The position numbers were made by a program, and so were the translations under genes. A DNA stretch of 63,786 nt, filler included. It is 5 parts of 5 records of this genome, joined end to end, with 100 filler letters (N's around TTAATTAATTAA, not from the genome) between each part and the next. Parts side by side here need not be neighbours in the genome. Positions count along the whole stretch, not along the records: positions 1 to 14,810 come from SRR20825010_4146; positions 14,911 to 22,182 come from SRR20825010_4152; 3 more parts are not named here. One strand, 5' to 3'. The notes beneath the pieces were generated by a model. It saw only the letters and a list, made by a program, of their open reading frames with translations. It made no database searches and had not been told where the DNA came from. This document shows positions 9,875 to 21,857 of this stretch, in pieces. How positions within the stretch are numbered: position 1 is the first letter of the stretch; the number at the start of each line of letters is the position of its first letter.

Positions 9875-11215
9875 ATTCCCATAGAATCCGCTCCGCAACT
9901 CGCCACCACCGACCGCAGGCTCTGGGCGCTGGCCTGGCCACTGATGCTCACCAATCTCACTGTGCCGCTGCTGGGGCTTGTGGATACGGCCGTGCTGGGA
10001 CACCTCGATACACCGGAATATCTGGGGGCTGTCGCGGTGGGCGCAAACCTGTTCAGCATACTCTACTGGACCTTTGGCTTTATGCGCATGGGCACGACGG
10101 GGCTGGCTGCCCAGGCCTGGGGCAAACGCGATGAGTTTGCGCAGATTGCCCTGCTGCTACGCTCCGTGTTGCTGGCTATCGGTATCGGCCTGTTGCTGAT
10201 TCTGTTCCATCAGCCGTTGATCAAACTGGGCCTGACTCTGATGAACCCCAGTGAACGTGTTGCCGCGCTGGCAGCAGAGTACGCCAGCATCCGTATCTGG
10301 AGCGCGCCGGCCGTGCTCTGCCAATACACGCTGGTGGGCTGGCTGATAGGCACCCAGTACGCGCGGGGCCCCATGGTCATGCTGATTGTGGCCAACGGGC
10401 TCAACATTGTTCTCGATGTGCTCTTTGTGACCGGTTTTGGCTGGAACAGCCGGGGCGTTGCCATGGCCACCGTGATGGCAGAGTACTCGGCGGCCGCCAT
10501 CGGGTTCTACATGGTGCTGAAACGCATGCCGGACGGCCAGGGGTTTGAGCGGGCGCTGTTCGGGCAGCTGCGGGACTACCTCAGAATATTACAGGTCAAC
10601 CGGTACATCATGGTGCGCACCATTGCCCTGCTTCTGGTGCTGGCCTTCTTCACCGCACAGGGTGCGCGACAGGGCGACACCATACTGGCCGCCAACGCGG
10701 TGCTGATTACCTTTCTACTGATCATTTCCAACGGCCTTGACGGCTTTGCCAATGCCGCCGAGGCACTGATTGGTGAAGCGGTGGGAAGAAACAATCGGCG
10801 CCAGTTCAAAAACGTCTTTCGGGTGGCATTCCGGTGGTCGTTGTGGGGTTCCGTGCTGTTTACCGTCGCCTTTGTTCTTGGCGGGCGCTTCCTCATCGGC
10901 TTGCTGACCGGTATCGAGGAAGTGCGCGCAACCGCCTGGGACTATCTGCCCTGGCTGTGGATGCTGCCGCTGGCCTCGGTGTGGGGCTTCCTTCTGGATG
11001 GCGTGTTTATCGGCGCAACCCGCACACGGGACATGCAGAACACCATGCTGTTTTCGGCGCTGGTGGTCTTCCTCCCGGTCTGGTGGCTGACGACCGGGTG
11101 GGGTAATCATGGACTGTGGTTCTCGCTGATCTGCCTGATGCTGGCACGGGCAATTTCCATGGGTTGGCTGTTTTTGAGCCATTCGCGGCACGATCGCTGG
11201 TTTTCAGAACAGTGA
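9875..11215 (+). CDS. dinF: MATE family efflux transporter (DinF-like); start uncertain, first ATG at 9944
   Basis: VPLLGLVDTAVLGHL, FMRMGTTGL, DGVFIGATR; family-like sequence extends upstream of the first ATG. Confidence 0.88.
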   Translation: MPIESAPQLATTDRRLWALAWPLMLTNLTVPLLGLVDTAVLGHLDTPEYLGAVAVGANLFSILYWTFGFMRMGTTGLAAQAWGKRDEFAQIALLLRSVLLAIGIGLLLILFHQPLIKLGLTLMNPSERVAALAAEYASIRIWSAPAVLCQYTLVGWLIGTQYARGPMVMLIVANGLNIVLDVLFVTGFGWNSRGVAMATVMAEYSAAAIGFYMVLKRMPDGQGFERALFGQLRDYLRILQVNRYIMVRTIALLLVLAFFTAQGARQGDTILAANAVLITFLLIISNGLDGFANAAEALIGEAVGRNNRRQFKNVFRVAFRWSLWGSVLFTVAFVLGGRFLIGLLTGIEEVRATAWDYLPWLWMLPLASVWGFLLDGVFIGATRTRDMQNTMLFSALVVFLPVWWLTTGWGNHGLWFSLICLMLARAISMGWLFLSHSRHDRWFSEQ

Positions 11216-11416
11216 AGAAGCTTGAAGCCAATCCATGGACAACACGTTCAGGTTTAATGCACACACCACAGCAGCCTGTTAAATCTCGTCTACACTTGTG
11301 AGAAAAGGCAGGCATGTTGCGGTAGCCAGCCGCTTCCCCATGCCCCTGACGATCCCATGCGTATAACGGGAGGCGCCTTGCGACCCCATTCCGTTCAGAG
11401 ACCGGCATCTCCTGAA

Positions 11417-12064
11417 ATGACACCAAAGGTAGTTCTCGACATCATTGATCAGGCCCGACGGCAGGAAGCCCGTTCCGGCACCTTTCTCAAGCAGATGCGG
11501 GAAAGGGCGTCGTCGCTGCCTGCCACCATCACCATTGACGGTTACCAACCGGCGACCTGCCTGTTCCAGTTTGCCATTGAGTACATCGAAATGGCGCCAC
11601 GACTGATTGAGTGCGTGGAAGCCTGTGCGAGAGAAGCCGGCAAGGCCGAGTTGTTTGCGCCTTTTGTAGAGGCTGCCATCGGTTATTTTACTCAACCGTC
11701 GGTTCTTCTGGTACGTTATGATGGCCTTGACGGGCTTCTGATACGAGCCTATCTCTGCCACCGCCTGATGGAGGAAATGTACGAGAACAACCGCTCCACC
11801 CGCGCCAGCGAACTGGTCGACGTGGAGGCAACACGGGCAAATCTGCTGGCGCATCAGTTGATCGGCGAACCGTTCGCCAACGAACTGGACCAGTCCATCA
11901 CCGTCACCGTGTTGCAGATTGCCGGCTCACCGGACTATTACGAACTGAACCTGGACCCGTTCGTAGAACAGACAAGGAACGTTGCATGGGACTGGATGAG
12001 ACACTATTGGGAAAACCTGCTGGTCCGTAACCACATACGCTTGTCGTTAGGAGCGGGTCTTTAG
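11417..12064 (+). CDS. Conserved hypothetical protein
   Basis: Open ~215-aa ORF filling the gap between flanking genes, with typical codon usage; no family recognised. Confidence 0.7.
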   Translation: MTPKVVLDIIDQARRQEARSGTFLKQMRERASSLPATITIDGYQPATCLFQFAIEYIEMAPRLIECVEACAREAGKAELFAPFVEAAIGYFTQPSVLLVRYDGLDGLLIRAYLCHRLMEEMYENNRSTRASELVDVEATRANLLAHQLIGEPFANELDQSITVTVLQIAGSPDYYELNLDPFVEQTRNVAWDWMRHYWENLLVRNHIRLSLGAGL

Positions 12065-12086
12065 AAAATACGGATGAACAACATTG

Positions 12087-12749
12087 ATGTACAAGCTGAC
12101 CGTTACCCTGTTTCTGTTGCTTGCAGGCTCTCTCTGCAACGGCGCCGAGACCAACACCGTACCTCTTCAACTGACCGATAACCTGTCAGGAAAGCCGGTC
12201 GCCAATGCCGTGGTGATTCTGGAAAACGGCCTCTCGGAATCCCCCGTAGAAGCTGAGATTGTCCAAAAAAATCGCAACTTTCACCCCCATACGTTGATCA
12301 TACCCAAGAATTCCAGAGTGGATTTTCCCAACCAGGACAACACTCAGCACCACGTCTACTCATTCTCACCCGCCAAGGCATTCAACATTGAGCTATACGC
12401 CGGACGTCCGACGGAACCGGTTGTCTTCGACAAGACCGGTGTGGTGGAAATTGGCTGCAACATCCATGACCACATGCAGGCGTTTATTCTGGTCACCGAC
12501 AGCGCACCCTCCGGCCGAACCGATGAACAGGGCCGTTTGACGGTTGAGATTCCGCCGTCGGCAGACGATGGGTCCGGTAAGATTGAGCTCCAGATATGGC
12601 ACCCCCGATTGACAGACAACACCCGTATGGCCCGATTCACCGTTGAGCAACCCTACCCTGCATCACTCGAACTGTCGGTGGAATTGTCCCCGGAACCCGC
12701 GAGTGATGACAGGCTGGATGGCCTGCAAGAACGTTTCCGGGAGCTTTGA
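12087..12749 (+). CDS. Secreted cupredoxin-like protein (methylamine-utilization/MauL-like)
   Basis: Signal peptide; FPNQDNTQHHVYSFS; Cu-site-like GCNIHDHM; WHPRL. Confidence 0.85.
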   Translation: MYKLTVTLFLLLAGSLCNGAETNTVPLQLTDNLSGKPVANAVVILENGLSESPVEAEIVQKNRNFHPHTLIIPKNSRVDFPNQDNTQHHVYSFSPAKAFNIELYAGRPTEPVVFDKTGVVEIGCNIHDHMQAFILVTDSAPSGRTDEQGRLTVEIPPSADDGSGKIELQIWHPRLTDNTRMARFTVEQPYPASLELSVELSPEPASDDRLDGLQERFREL

Positions 12750-14810
12750 TGGCGGTCGCTAGCCGAATAGGGTTTCGTGGACGTTTGGTGACCGTCATGG
12801 TCACCATGGTGGCCATCGTCAGCCTGAGCATCGGTGCACTGTTGATGCTTTACCTGTTCGAGGATGAAAAGGCACGTGCACTTGAGCAATTGAGTCTCGG
12901 CGAGCAAGTGGCAGAGGAGGTGCTTGAGCGCCGCACCAGCCTGATTCTTTCCCGGCTGGACGTTGTGATCCGTGATTTTGGCTTTCGCTCTGCCGTCGCC
13001 AGCGGAGATCGCGCCACCACAGACAGTGCGCTGACCAATCAGGCCCGAAGGGTGAATGCCGATTTTGCCGTCTTGCTTGGCAGCGACGGGCATATCCTTG
13101 CCGACACCGATGGGCTGCCCGATGCGTTTGCCAATAGCCCGCTGGTTACAGAAATGCTCTCCAAGGCGCGACAAACAGGCTTTGCCAACCAGATGAGCGT
13201 TTTCGGTGCGGACGGCTTTGAACTGCTCACCATTCCGGTGGAAGCACCTGGATTAAGGGCATGGCTGATTGCCGGTTTTAACCTCAACAATGATCTTACC
13301 GACATTATCGGTCGACTAAGCGGAACCGAGGTGTTGTTCAGGGCCTCCTCTGTTGAGGAAGGCAGTTATCAGATTCTTACCGACCCGGGTTCCATCAACG
13401 CATCGAGGCTGGATGAACTGAACAATGCCATGGCCAGGACGTCCGGCGAGGACCAGTTTCTTGAGAGTACACATTACTTCACCCGCATCATAAGCCTGAC
13501 CGGGGACGAAACGCCGGCCCTGCAGCTGCTGCTCTTAATCAACCGTGAGGCCCGTCTCAGCAACTACTATGAGCGTGCTGTGGAAATTCTTACGCTGGTC
13601 AGTGCCGTTCTGGTGCTGGCTGCCCTGATTGCGCTCATTATCGCTCGCAACATGGGGCAACCAGTCCTGCAACTGGCGGACTATGCCAAGGCCATCGGCG
13701 ATGGCCACACGCCCGCACCTCCCCGTATCCGCGCCGGCGGTGAACTGGCCGAATTACGCAGGGCGCTCGGCGACATGCTGAGCAAACTGCGGGACCGCGA
13801 GGAGCAGATACACTACGCCGCCAGCCACGATGAAATTACCGGGCTACCCAATCGAAACGCCTTCCTGTCGCGCCTGCGGGAGCAATTCGACAACCACCGC
13901 CCCTGCAGCCTGATGGGCCTGCGCCTCAATGATATTTCTGACGTCAATGACACTCTGGGCCTCGAGTTCGGGGACAAGGTTTTACAGGCGGTGTCGGCCA
14001 GGTTGGAGGAAGCACTGCCCGGCAGCTCAGCACTGGCAAGGACCGGAGGCGCCGAATTCCTGATGATGACTGGTCTCCAGCCGCAATCCGAGCTCGATAA
14101 ACTTGCCACCAGGATCAGCGAAATCGTGGAATCGCCGTTGTTCATCGACAACACTCCGTTCTCCCTTCGCTGCACCATGGTTACGCTGCAGCTACCCCAG
14201 GACGCCATCGATACCGACCAGGTTCGCAGGCGCCTGAACCTCACGTTCGAACAGGCACAAAAAAGCCGGCTGCCCGTAACCCATTATCAGCCAGGGCAGG
14301 ATGAGAACCACCTGAGGGAACTTCAGCTGATCTCTGATCTGCACCACGCCATTGCCAGCAACGGCTTGCATATGAACTACCAGCCCAAACTTGATATGGC
14401 GTCTGCCGGCTTTCATCAGGCCGAAGCACTGGTGCGCTGGATTCACCCGGACCTGGGGTTCATCTCGCCGGAAGAATTCATTTTCCTGGCGGAGCAATCC
14501 GGCCAGATCACCGAACTGACCCGACACATCCTCCGCCGTGTTGCCAACGATGCTGGCAAGTGGCACGCCGCGGGCCTGAATATTGGTGTTGCCATCAACC
14601 TGTCGGCGCTCGACCTGACCCGCCCGGAACTCGCCAAGGAAGTTGCCGAGGCGTTCTCCCAATGGCAGTTACCCATGTCCAGTATCACTCTGGAGGTAAC
14701 CGAGAGCGCCCTGATGGAGGAACCCGAAACGGCCTTTGAAACCCTGCGGCGCTTACGCCAACTCGGTGTCACACTGTCGGTGGACGACTTTGGCACGGGC
14801 TATTCCTCGC
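12749..14810 (+). CDS. Membrane sensor HAMP-GGDEF-EAL c-di-GMP phosphodiesterase (3' truncated)
   Basis: Two TM helices, HDEITGLPNR, degenerate GGAEF, EALVRW, LEVTES, DDFGTGYSS; cut by the contig end. Confidence 0.92.
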
Positions 14811-14910
14811 NNNNNNNNNNNNNNNNNNNNNNNNNNNNNNNNNNNNNNNNNNNNTTAATTAATTAANNNNNNNNNNNNNNNNNNNNNNNNNNNNNNNNNN
14901 NNNNNNNNNN
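14811..14910. other. Artificial contig-joining spacer
   Basis: N44-TTAATTAATTAA-N44 (stops in all frames). Confidence 0.98.
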
Positions 14911-15159
14911 GCCTTCACGCTTGAAGAAACCACCCGGGATTTTGCCCACAGCGTAGGTTTTCTCGAAGTAGTTGACGGTCAGCGGGAAAAACGGCTGGCC
15001 CGGCTTGGCTTCCTTGGCCGCAACCACGGTACCCAGTACCGAAATGTCGTCTACGGTGACCAGCACAGAGCCGGTGGCCTGGCGGGCGATGCGACCGGTT
15101 TCGATGGTGACGGTCTTGCCGCCGAGTTCGAACGATTTTTTAACGGGATTAAGATCCAC
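14911..15159 (-). CDS. pnp: Polynucleotide phosphorylase, N-terminal fragment
   Basis: [34 protein letters not shown] then GTG at 15159. Confidence 0.96.
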
Positions 15160-15250
15160 GGTAACTCCTGAATTCATCATTTCAATTGGTTGACCCGGAT
15201 AACTCGCCCCTGCGAATTATCCGCTATAACTGCAACATCGCCTGAAGTGA

Positions 15251-15391
15251 TGAACTGAAGGGTAGCCCGTCTGAAAGCTAACAGGCTGTTGCAAAACCCC
15301 GGGGCGTAAGCCACCTGGCTATACCGGGCTTTTCAACAACCTGCTATCAATTTCAGCTTTCCGTTACGACAGGGAGTTCCTTCAGGGTTCA
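15251..15391 (-). promoter_or_regulatory. Long nested hairpin in the pnp 5' leader (probable RNase III processing stem)
   Basis: TGAACTGAAG/CTTCAGGGTTCA, GAAAGCT/AGCTTTC and CAGGCTGTTGCAAAA/TTTTCAACAACCTG pairings; RNase III autoregulation of pnp is known in E. coli. Confidence 0.55.
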
Positions 15392-15420
15392 CAGACAGAC
15401 ACGATGCAGGAGAGAGGCAC

Positions 15421-15450
15421 AACCAGCGGGGCTATCAAAGCCCCGCCGGC
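15421..15450 (-). terminator. Hairpin after rpsO
   Basis: GCGGGGCT-ATCAA-AGCCCCGC stem just after the rpsO stop; U-tail is weak. Confidence 0.6.
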
Positions 15451-15467
15451 CGTTAAGTACAACCGGA

Positions 15468-15737
15468 TTAGCGACGCAGGCTCAGACGCTGGATCAGGTC
15501 CAGGTAGCGGTCTGCGTTCTTACGCTTGAGGTAATCCAGCAGTTTACGACGCTGGTTAACCATCCGGATCAGACCACGGCGGGAATGGTGATCCTGCTTG
15601 TTGGTCTTGAAGTGATCCTGCAGCTTGTTGATGTTGTGGCTCAACAGTGCAACCTGAACTTCAGGAGAACCGGTATCGCCATCACCCTGCTGAAAATCCT
15701 TAACGATCTGTGCTTTCTCGTCGGCAGAAAGTGCCAT
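15468..15737 (-). CDS. rpsO: 30S ribosomal protein S15
   Basis: [20 protein letters not shown]; 89 aa. Confidence 0.98.
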   Translation of the reverse strand: MALSADEKAQIVKDFQQGDGDTGSPEVQVALLSHNINKLQDHFKTNKQDHHSRRGLIRMVNQRRKLLDYLKRKNADRYLDLIQRLSLRR

Positions 15738-15828
15738 AAAACTCACCTCATTGTCGCGATGCTATCGAATTCGGCCGAACCACGCATCTCTACAGCCCGG
15801 CTAACTGGCAATAACCCTCAAAGGGCTA

Positions 15829-16749
15829 TCAGCCACTCTTCACCAGACGACGAGGCACCAGTTTGGTCACCTCCCCCTCCGGGAATCCTTCCGCCAGCCC
15901 GACAAAACGCCCGTTGCCATAAAGGCGAACGAACCCTTCCGCGGGCTGACCCGATATTCTAACTGGTTGTCCGTTCAATATCGACACCAGCGAACTGCCT
16001 TCCAGATCCCGCTCCGGGAACATGGACAGAGCAGCATCCGGGGCCACCAGCAGGCCATCCAGACTTTCACCTTCTTCGCGCATGGACTCCAGCATTGAAA
16101 CCTCACGGGCATCCGCCAGCGTGAAACCGGAGGCCATGGTGCGGCGCAATGCCGTGACATGGGCACCGCAGCCCAATGCCTCGCCAATGTCCTCCACCAG
16201 CGAGCGAATATAGGTGCCTTTCGTGCAACTTACCGCGATATCAATCTCGGTCTCGCGCACCTCCAGCAGCGTCAGCTCGTATATGGTCACCGGGCGCGAC
16301 GGACGCTCCACCTCGATACCTTCGCGCGCGTATTCATAGAGCGGTTTGCCCTTGTGCTTTAGCGCGGAGTACATGGAGGGAACCTGCTGGATATCGCCAC
16401 GAAAGCGCTCCAACACCGGTTCCAGTGCATCGGCATCGAGCCCAGGGGGCACCGGTTTCTCAGCAACCACGGCACCTTCGCTGTCCCCGGTTTCGGTGCG
16501 GACACCCAGGCGAGCGGTGGCGATGTAGGCTTTGTCGCTGTCCAGCATCATCTGGGAAAACTTGGTGGCTTCACCAAAGCACAACGGCAACACGCCGGTG
16601 GCCAGCGGGTCCAACGCACCGGTGTGACCGGCCTTGGCCGCCCCGAACAGGCGTTTTACCTGCTGCAGGATGCCGTTGGACGTAATGTCCATCGGCTTGT
16701 CGATCACCAGTATGCCGTTTACATCGCGACCTTTACGACGTCGACTCAA
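15829..16749 (-). CDS. truB: tRNA pseudouridine(55) synthase
   Basis: [30 protein letters not shown]. Confidence 0.97.
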   Translation of the reverse strand: MSRRRKGRDVNGILVIDKPMDITSNGILQQVKRLFGAAKAGHTGALDPLATGVLPLCFGEATKFSQMMLDSDKAYIATARLGVRTETGDSEGAVVAEKPVPPGLDADALEPVLERFRGDIQQVPSMYSALKHKGKPLYEYAREGIEVERPSRPVTIYELTLLEVRETEIDIAVSCTKGTYIRSLVEDIGEALGCGAHVTALRRTMASGFTLADAREVSMLESMREEGESLDGLLVAPDAALSMFPERDLEGSSLVSILNGQPVRISGQPAEGFVRLYGNGRFVGLAEGFPEGEVTKLVPRRLVKSG

Positions 16750-17183
16750 GCCTTTTGCTCCGGATCATCAGACGCCCCGTCGTTGCGGGCGTCGTCGTCA
16801 CGGTCAACCACTGGCTTGTCGCCAACCGCTTCCCGAATCAGGTTGTCCATGTGACGGCTGTGCCCAAGCAACGTATCGAAATGAAAACGCAACTGGGGCG
16901 TCACCCGCAATTTCATGGCACGGCCGACCTGCCCTTTCAGGAAGCCAGCCGCTTTATTCAGCACTGTCAGGGAATCCCGCACCTGCGGCGACTCCTCGGT
17001 CAGCTCTTCGGTGGTCAGCAGCGATACGTAAACGTCTGCATAACCCAGGTCACGGCTCACCTTGACGGCATTCACCGTGACCATGCCCACCCGCGGGTCT
17101 TTGACCTCCCGCTGGATGAGCTGGGCCAGCTCCCGCTGCATCTGATCGCCGATGCGATCAATCCGGCTGAACTCTCTTGGCAT
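16746..17183 (-). CDS. rbfA: Ribosome-binding factor A
   Basis: [24 protein letters not shown]. Confidence 0.96.
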   Translation of the reverse strand: MPREFSRIDRIGDQMQRELAQLIQREVKDPRVGMVTVNAVKVSRDLGYADVYVSLLTTEELTEESPQVRDSLTVLNKAAGFLKGQVGRAMKLRVTPQLRFHFDTLLGHSRHMDNLIREAVGDKPVVDRDDDARNDGASDDPEQKA

Positions 17184-17208
17184 CAGGTTTCCTTTAATCT
17201 CAGGCGCA

Positions 17209-19770
17209 TCACGCGCCGGTGGACTCAAGCTTACGCTCAACCCGAACGCGATCGAATACCTCGATCTGGTCGCCGACCTTCACGTCGTAGCCCTTAACGC
17301 CGATACCACACTCCATACCGTTGCGGACTTCGGGTACGTCATCCTTGAAGCGGCGCAGCGATTCCAGCTCGCCTTCAAAGATAACCACGTTGTCACGCAG
17401 GACACGGATCGGCTTGTTGCGGTAAACGTTACCCTCGGTGACCATACAGCCAGCCACCTGGCCAAACTTCGGCGAACGGAACACATCACGCACATCGGCA
17501 ATGCCCACGATATCCTCGCGGAATTCCGGCGCCAGCATGCCGGTCAGAGCTGCTTTCACATCATCAATCAGGTTGTAGATGATGCTGTAGTAGCGCAGAT
17601 CCAGACCTTCCTGCTCCACCAGACGCTTGGACGCGGTGTCCGCACGCACGTTGAAGCCGAAGATAACCGCGTTGGTCGCCATGGCCAGACTGATGTCCGT
17701 CTCTGCGATACCACCAACGCCCGAGGACACGATCTTGACCTGTACTTCGTCGTTACCAAGATCCTGCAGCGACTTGGTGATGGCTTCCAGGGAACCACGA
17801 ACGTCGGTCTTGAGCACCACGTTGAGGGTTTTGACCTCGTCCTTGCCCATATTCTCGAACAGGTTCTCAAGCTTCGCAGCCTGCTGCCTGTGCAGACGCT
17901 GCTCCCGCTCGCGGGACTGACGGAATTCCGCCAGTTCCTTGGCCTTCTTCTCGTCAGCCACAGCAAAGAACTCATCACCAGCGTTCGGCGTGCCATTCAG
18001 GCCCAGGATTTCCACCGGAATGGAAGGCCCGGCTTCTTTGACCTGCTTGCCGGCCTCGTCGGTCATGGCGCGAACCTTACCGAAGAAGGAACCAGCCACC
18101 ACCATCTCGCCCTGACGGAGCGTGCCGTTCTGCACCAGTACGGTAGCCACGGAACCGCGACCACGCTCAAGGCTGGATTCGACCACCACACCCTTCGCAG
18201 GTGCATCCGGAGAGGCCTCGAGCTCAAGGATTTCAGCCTGCAGCAGCAGTGCCTCAAGCAGATCTTCAATGCCGTCACCGGTATGGGCGGATACAGGGAT
18301 AAACTGAACGTCACCGCCCCAGTCTTCCGGAATAACTTCCATACCCGCCAATTCGGTCTTGATACGATCCGGGTCGGCCTCTTCCTTGTCCATCTTGTTG
18401 ATGGCAACGACGATGGGAACGCCGGCGGAACGTGCGTGATCCACGGCTTCCTTGGTTTGCGGCATAACGCCATCATCGGCGGCCACCACCAGGATAACGA
18501 TGTCGGTGCACTGGGCACCCCGCGCACGCATCGCCGTGAAGGCGGCGTGGCCCGGAGTATCCAGGAAGGACACCATGCCATGGTCGGTTTCAACGTGGTA
18601 CGCACCGATGTGCTGGGTGATACCCCCAGACTCGCCAGACGCCACCTTGGTGCGGCGAATGTAATCCAGCAGCGAGGTCTTACCGTGGTCAACGTGACCC
18701 ATCACACTGACAACCGGCGCACGCTTGGTCTTTTCCTTGCCTTCAAAGGAGAATTCGCTCAGAACCTCTTCCTCAAACGCATCTTCACTCACTGTGTTGG
18801 CTTTGTGACCGAGTTCCTCAGTCACCAGCACAGCGGTTTCCTGATCGAGAGCCTGGTTGATTGTCGCCATTACCCCCATGCCCATCAGTTTCTTGATGAC
18901 GTCCGCTGACTTGACCGCCATCCGCTGGGCAAGATCACCCACTGTGATCGTCTCGGGAATATCGACTTCTCGTACCATTGGCTTGGTCGGCCTCTCGAAA
19001 GCATGACGCTTTTCTTTGGGTTTCTTTTTCGCACGGAGCGGCTTGCGCAGCGTGGTGTCTTCTTCCTCTTCATTGATAATCAGAGGCTCTTCCACCGGAC
19101 GGCTGCGCGGCCCACGATGCCCTGCGGACTTCTTCTTGGGCTTGCCCTCCTCGGGCTCATCACCGCGCTCGCGGGCCTTTTCCTTCTTCTTCTTCGGCTT
19201 TCGATCCTTGCCTTCGCCTTCTTCAGGCGGCGGAATCGGCATGTCTTCCGGCGCGGGAACCGGTGACGGTTCCGGCTCAGCAGCCACTTCCGGCTGAGCT
19301 TTTTCAGCCGGTTTTTCGTCAGCAGCCGGCTCTTCAGCCGGAGAATCTGACACCGGCGCTTCCGGCTTCGGCGCATCCGCAGGCTGTGCCTGCTCAGCCG
19401 CGACTGGCGCTGGGGCCTCTTCCGGGGCCGCAGCCGCCTGCTCGGCAGCTTCTTCCTGCTTCGCCGCTTCCGGCTCGAGCTCGGCGCGCTTGATATACGT
19501 ACGGCGCTTGCGAACCTCAACATTGACCGTTTTGGTACGGCCCGCTTTCAGCGTGGTTGTTGTCTTGCGCTTAAGAGTGATTTTCTTGGGCTCAGCCTCA
19601 CTCTCACCGTGATTCTTTTTCAGATAGGTCAGCAACTGCTGCTTCTCATCACTGGTAACAGAATCCCCTTCGGAGCGGGCTTTCAGGCCAGCCTCCACGA
19701 TCTGTCGCAGCAAACGATCCACGGGAGCGCCTACATCTGCGGCCAGTTGTTTTACCGTTACATCAGCCAT
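17209..19770 (-). CDS. infB: Translation initiation factor IF-2
   Basis: [31 protein letters not shown]. Confidence 0.98.
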   Translation of the reverse strand: MADVTVKQLAADVGAPVDRLLRQIVEAGLKARSEGDSVTSDEKQQLLTYLKKNHGESEAEPKKITLKRKTTTTLKAGRTKTVNVEVRKRRTYIKRAELEPEAAKQEEAAEQAAAAPEEAPAPVAAEQAQPADAPKPEAPVSDSPAEEPAADEKPAEKAQPEVAAEPEPSPVPAPEDMPIPPPEEGEGKDRKPKKKKEKARERGDEPEEGKPKKKSAGHRGPRSRPVEEPLIINEEEEDTTLRKPLRAKKKPKEKRHAFERPTKPMVREVDIPETITVGDLAQRMAVKSADVIKKLMGMGVMATINQALDQETAVLVTEELGHKANTVSEDAFEEEVLSEFSFEGKEKTKRAPVVSVMGHVDHGKTSLLDYIRRTKVASGESGGITQHIGAYHVETDHGMVSFLDTPGHAAFTAMRARGAQCTDIVILVVAADDGVMPQTKEAVDHARSAGVPIVVAINKMDKEEADPDRIKTELAGMEVIPEDWGGDVQFIPVSAHTGDGIEDLLEALLLQAEILELEASPDAPAKGVVVESSLERGRGSVATVLVQNGTLRQGEMVVAGSFFGKVRAMTDEAGKQVKEAGPSIPVEILGLNGTPNAGDEFFAVADEKKAKELAEFRQSREREQRLHRQQAAKLENLFENMGKDEVKTLNVVLKTDVRGSLEAITKSLQDLGNDEVQVKIVSSGVGGIAETDISLAMATNAVIFGFNVRADTASKRLVEQEGLDLRYYSIIYNLIDDVKAALTGMLAPEFREDIVGIADVRDVFRSPKFGQVAGCMVTEGNVYRNKPIRVLRDNVVIFEGELESLRRFKDDVPEVRNGMECGIGVKGYDVKVGDQIEVFDRVRVERKLESTGA

Positions 19771-19787
19771 ACTGGTCCTCCTCCCGA

Positions 19788-21281
19788 TTAAGCCTGGTCT
19801 TCAAACCAGGGGGCGCGTGCTGCCATAATCAACTGGCCGGCACGCTCTTCTTCCATTCCTTCAATGTCGAGCAAGTCGTCAACCGACTGCTCTGCAAGAT
19901 CTTCCATGGTACGAATCCCCATACCGGCCAGCTTGAAAGCCAGGCCACGGTCCATACCGTCCATTGCGAGAAGATCTTCTGCGGGCTCAGCGCCCTCTAG
20001 CGCCTCTTCACTGGCCAGGGCCTGATTCAACAGGGCATCCTTGGCACGGCGACGCAATTCGGTCACGGTTTCTTCATCAAAACCGTCAATGGCAAGCATC
20101 TCTTCCATGGGGATGTACGCTACCTCCTCAATGGAGGTAAACCCTTCCTCAATGAGGACACCTGCAAATTCTTCGTCCACATCCAGATTGCCGGTGAAGT
20201 GCTCGAGCAGAGAATTATACTCCTGCTCCTGACGCTCACCCGCTTCCTCTTCTGTCATGACATTCAGCGTCCAGCTGGTAAGGTCCGTCGCCAACCGAAC
20301 ATTCTGACCATTCCGGCCAATCGCCTGGGCCAGATTGTCCTCAGCTACTGCCACTTCCATGGTATGGCGATCCTCGTCCATGACGATGGACGCCACTTCC
20401 GCCGGCGCCATGGCATTGATGACCAGTTGCGCGGGGTTGTCGTCCCACAGCACGATATCCACACGCTCGCCACCCAACTCGTTGGAAACTGCCTGTACTC
20501 GTGAACCACGCATGCCCACGCAGGCACCCACCGGATCAATCCGGCGGTCGTTGGTCTTGACCGCAATCTTGGCGCGGGAGCCTGGATCCCGGGCTGCGCC
20601 ACGAATCTCAATCAGCTCCTCCGCGATTTCCGGCACCTCAATGCGGAACAGTTCGATCAGCATCTGCGGATCGGTACGGCTCAGAATCAGCTGCGGGCCG
20701 CGATGATCGGTACGGATTTCCTGCAGCAGAGAGCGCACACGATCGCCCATACGGAACGTTTCACGGGGAATCAGGTGTTCACGGGGCAGCAAGGCTTCGG
20801 CGTTGGCACCCAGATCCACGATGACGTTGTCACGTGTCACTTTCTTTACGGTGCCAGAGACGAGCTCACCCACGCGATCCCGGTAGCTGTCGACAATCTT
20901 GGTGCGCTCGGCTTCCCGCACTTTCTGGAATATGATCTGTTTCGCTGCCTGGGCACCAATACGGCCGAAGGCAACGGATTCCACTTTCTCTTCGTGGATA
21001 TCGCCGGGCTGCAGACTCTTGTCGATTTCTTCCGCTTCCTGCATGGTCAGCTCGGTGCCCAAAGCAGGAACCGCATCGTTATCAACCACCAGCCAGCGAC
21101 GGAACGTTTCATATTCGCCGGTGCGGCGATCGATGGAAACGCGGATGTCCGCTTCCTCGTCGTCGTAGCGTTTTTTGGCAGCGGTGGCGAGTGCCAGCTC
21201 GATTGCTTCGAAGATCACGTCCTTCTCGACACCTTTCTCGTTCGAGACGGATTCAACCACCAGCAAGATCTCTTTACTCAT
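19788..21281 (-). CDS. nusA: Transcription elongation factor NusA
   Basis: [45 protein letters not shown]. Confidence 0.98.
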   Translation of the reverse strand: MSKEILLVVESVSNEKGVEKDVIFEAIELALATAAKKRYDDEEADIRVSIDRRTGEYETFRRWLVVDNDAVPALGTELTMQEAEEIDKSLQPGDIHEEKVESVAFGRIGAQAAKQIIFQKVREAERTKIVDSYRDRVGELVSGTVKKVTRDNVIVDLGANAEALLPREHLIPRETFRMGDRVRSLLQEIRTDHRGPQLILSRTDPQMLIELFRIEVPEIAEELIEIRGAARDPGSRAKIAVKTNDRRIDPVGACVGMRGSRVQAVSNELGGERVDIVLWDDNPAQLVINAMAPAEVASIVMDEDRHTMEVAVAEDNLAQAIGRNGQNVRLATDLTSWTLNVMTEEEAGERQEQEYNSLLEHFTGNLDVDEEFAGVLIEEGFTSIEEVAYIPMEEMLAIDGFDEETVTELRRRAKDALLNQALASEEALEGAEPAEDLLAMDGMDRGLAFKLAGMGIRTMEDLAEQSVDDLLDIEGMEEERAGQLIMAARAPWFEDQA

Positions 21282-21323
21282 TGGATTGCCCTGCCCTTAA
21301 AAATAAACTTTGCGTCCACTGAC

Positions 21324-21785
21324 TTACTCAAATACCGGAACGATGTTGGCTTTCTCGATGCTATCGAATGGCAACAGGTATTCGTGATCATCAACAACCA
21401 CGACAACGTCTTCACCTTCAATGCCTTTAATCAGGCCCTGAAACTTGCGACGCCCCTCAAATGCCATTCGTAATTTGATCTGGACCTGGTGGCCTGCGAA
21501 TGCCTCATATTGCTCCAGACGGAACAACGGCCGGTCCATGCCCGGAGAAGATACCTCCAGGGTATACTCCGTCTGAATGGGGTCTTCCACATCCATTACG
21601 CCGCTGGCCTGGCGACTGACTTTCTCACAGTCTTCAATGCCGATGCCGTTTTCAGCATCGTCAATAAAAATTCTCAACAGGGAATGGTGTCCCTGGGAGC
21701 GAAATTCAATGCCCCAAAACTCGTAACCCAGGCCTTCCACAATGGGCCTGAGCAATTCTTCCAGCTGCTTCAACTTGGCTGACAA
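21324..21785 (-). CDS. rimP: Ribosome maturation factor RimP
   Basis: [24 protein letters not shown] start after GGAG. Confidence 0.95.
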   Translation of the reverse strand: MSAKLKQLEELLRPIVEGLGYEFWGIEFRSQGHHSLLRIFIDDAENGIGIEDCEKVSRQASGVMDVEDPIQTEYTLEVSSPGMDRPLFRLEQYEAFAGHQVQIKLRMAFEGRRKFQGLIKGIEGEDVVVVVDDHEYLLPFDSIEKANIVPVFE

Positions 21786-21828
21786 GGTTATCCCGTCTCC
21801 GTTACTCGATTTTTCCGACCCCAAAAAC

Positions 21829-21857
21829 AAAAAAAGGGCTGTTGATCAGCCCTTTTT
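21829..21857 (-). promoter_or_regulatory. rimP-leader attenuator hairpin
   Basis: Minus strand GGGCTG-ATCAA-CAGCCC followed by T7 just upstream of rimP, matching the known gammaproteobacterial rimP leader architecture. Confidence 0.7.

Noticed and set aside
7536-9884. 782-aa + strand ORF
   Set aside because: Antisense shadow of the subunit I/coxB genes in GC-rich DNA; no motifs
15738-15828. S15 autoregulatory leader
   Set aside because: Expected from position, but I could not match a known structure by eye
17152-18909. 585-aa + strand ORF
   Set aside because: Antisense shadow of infB
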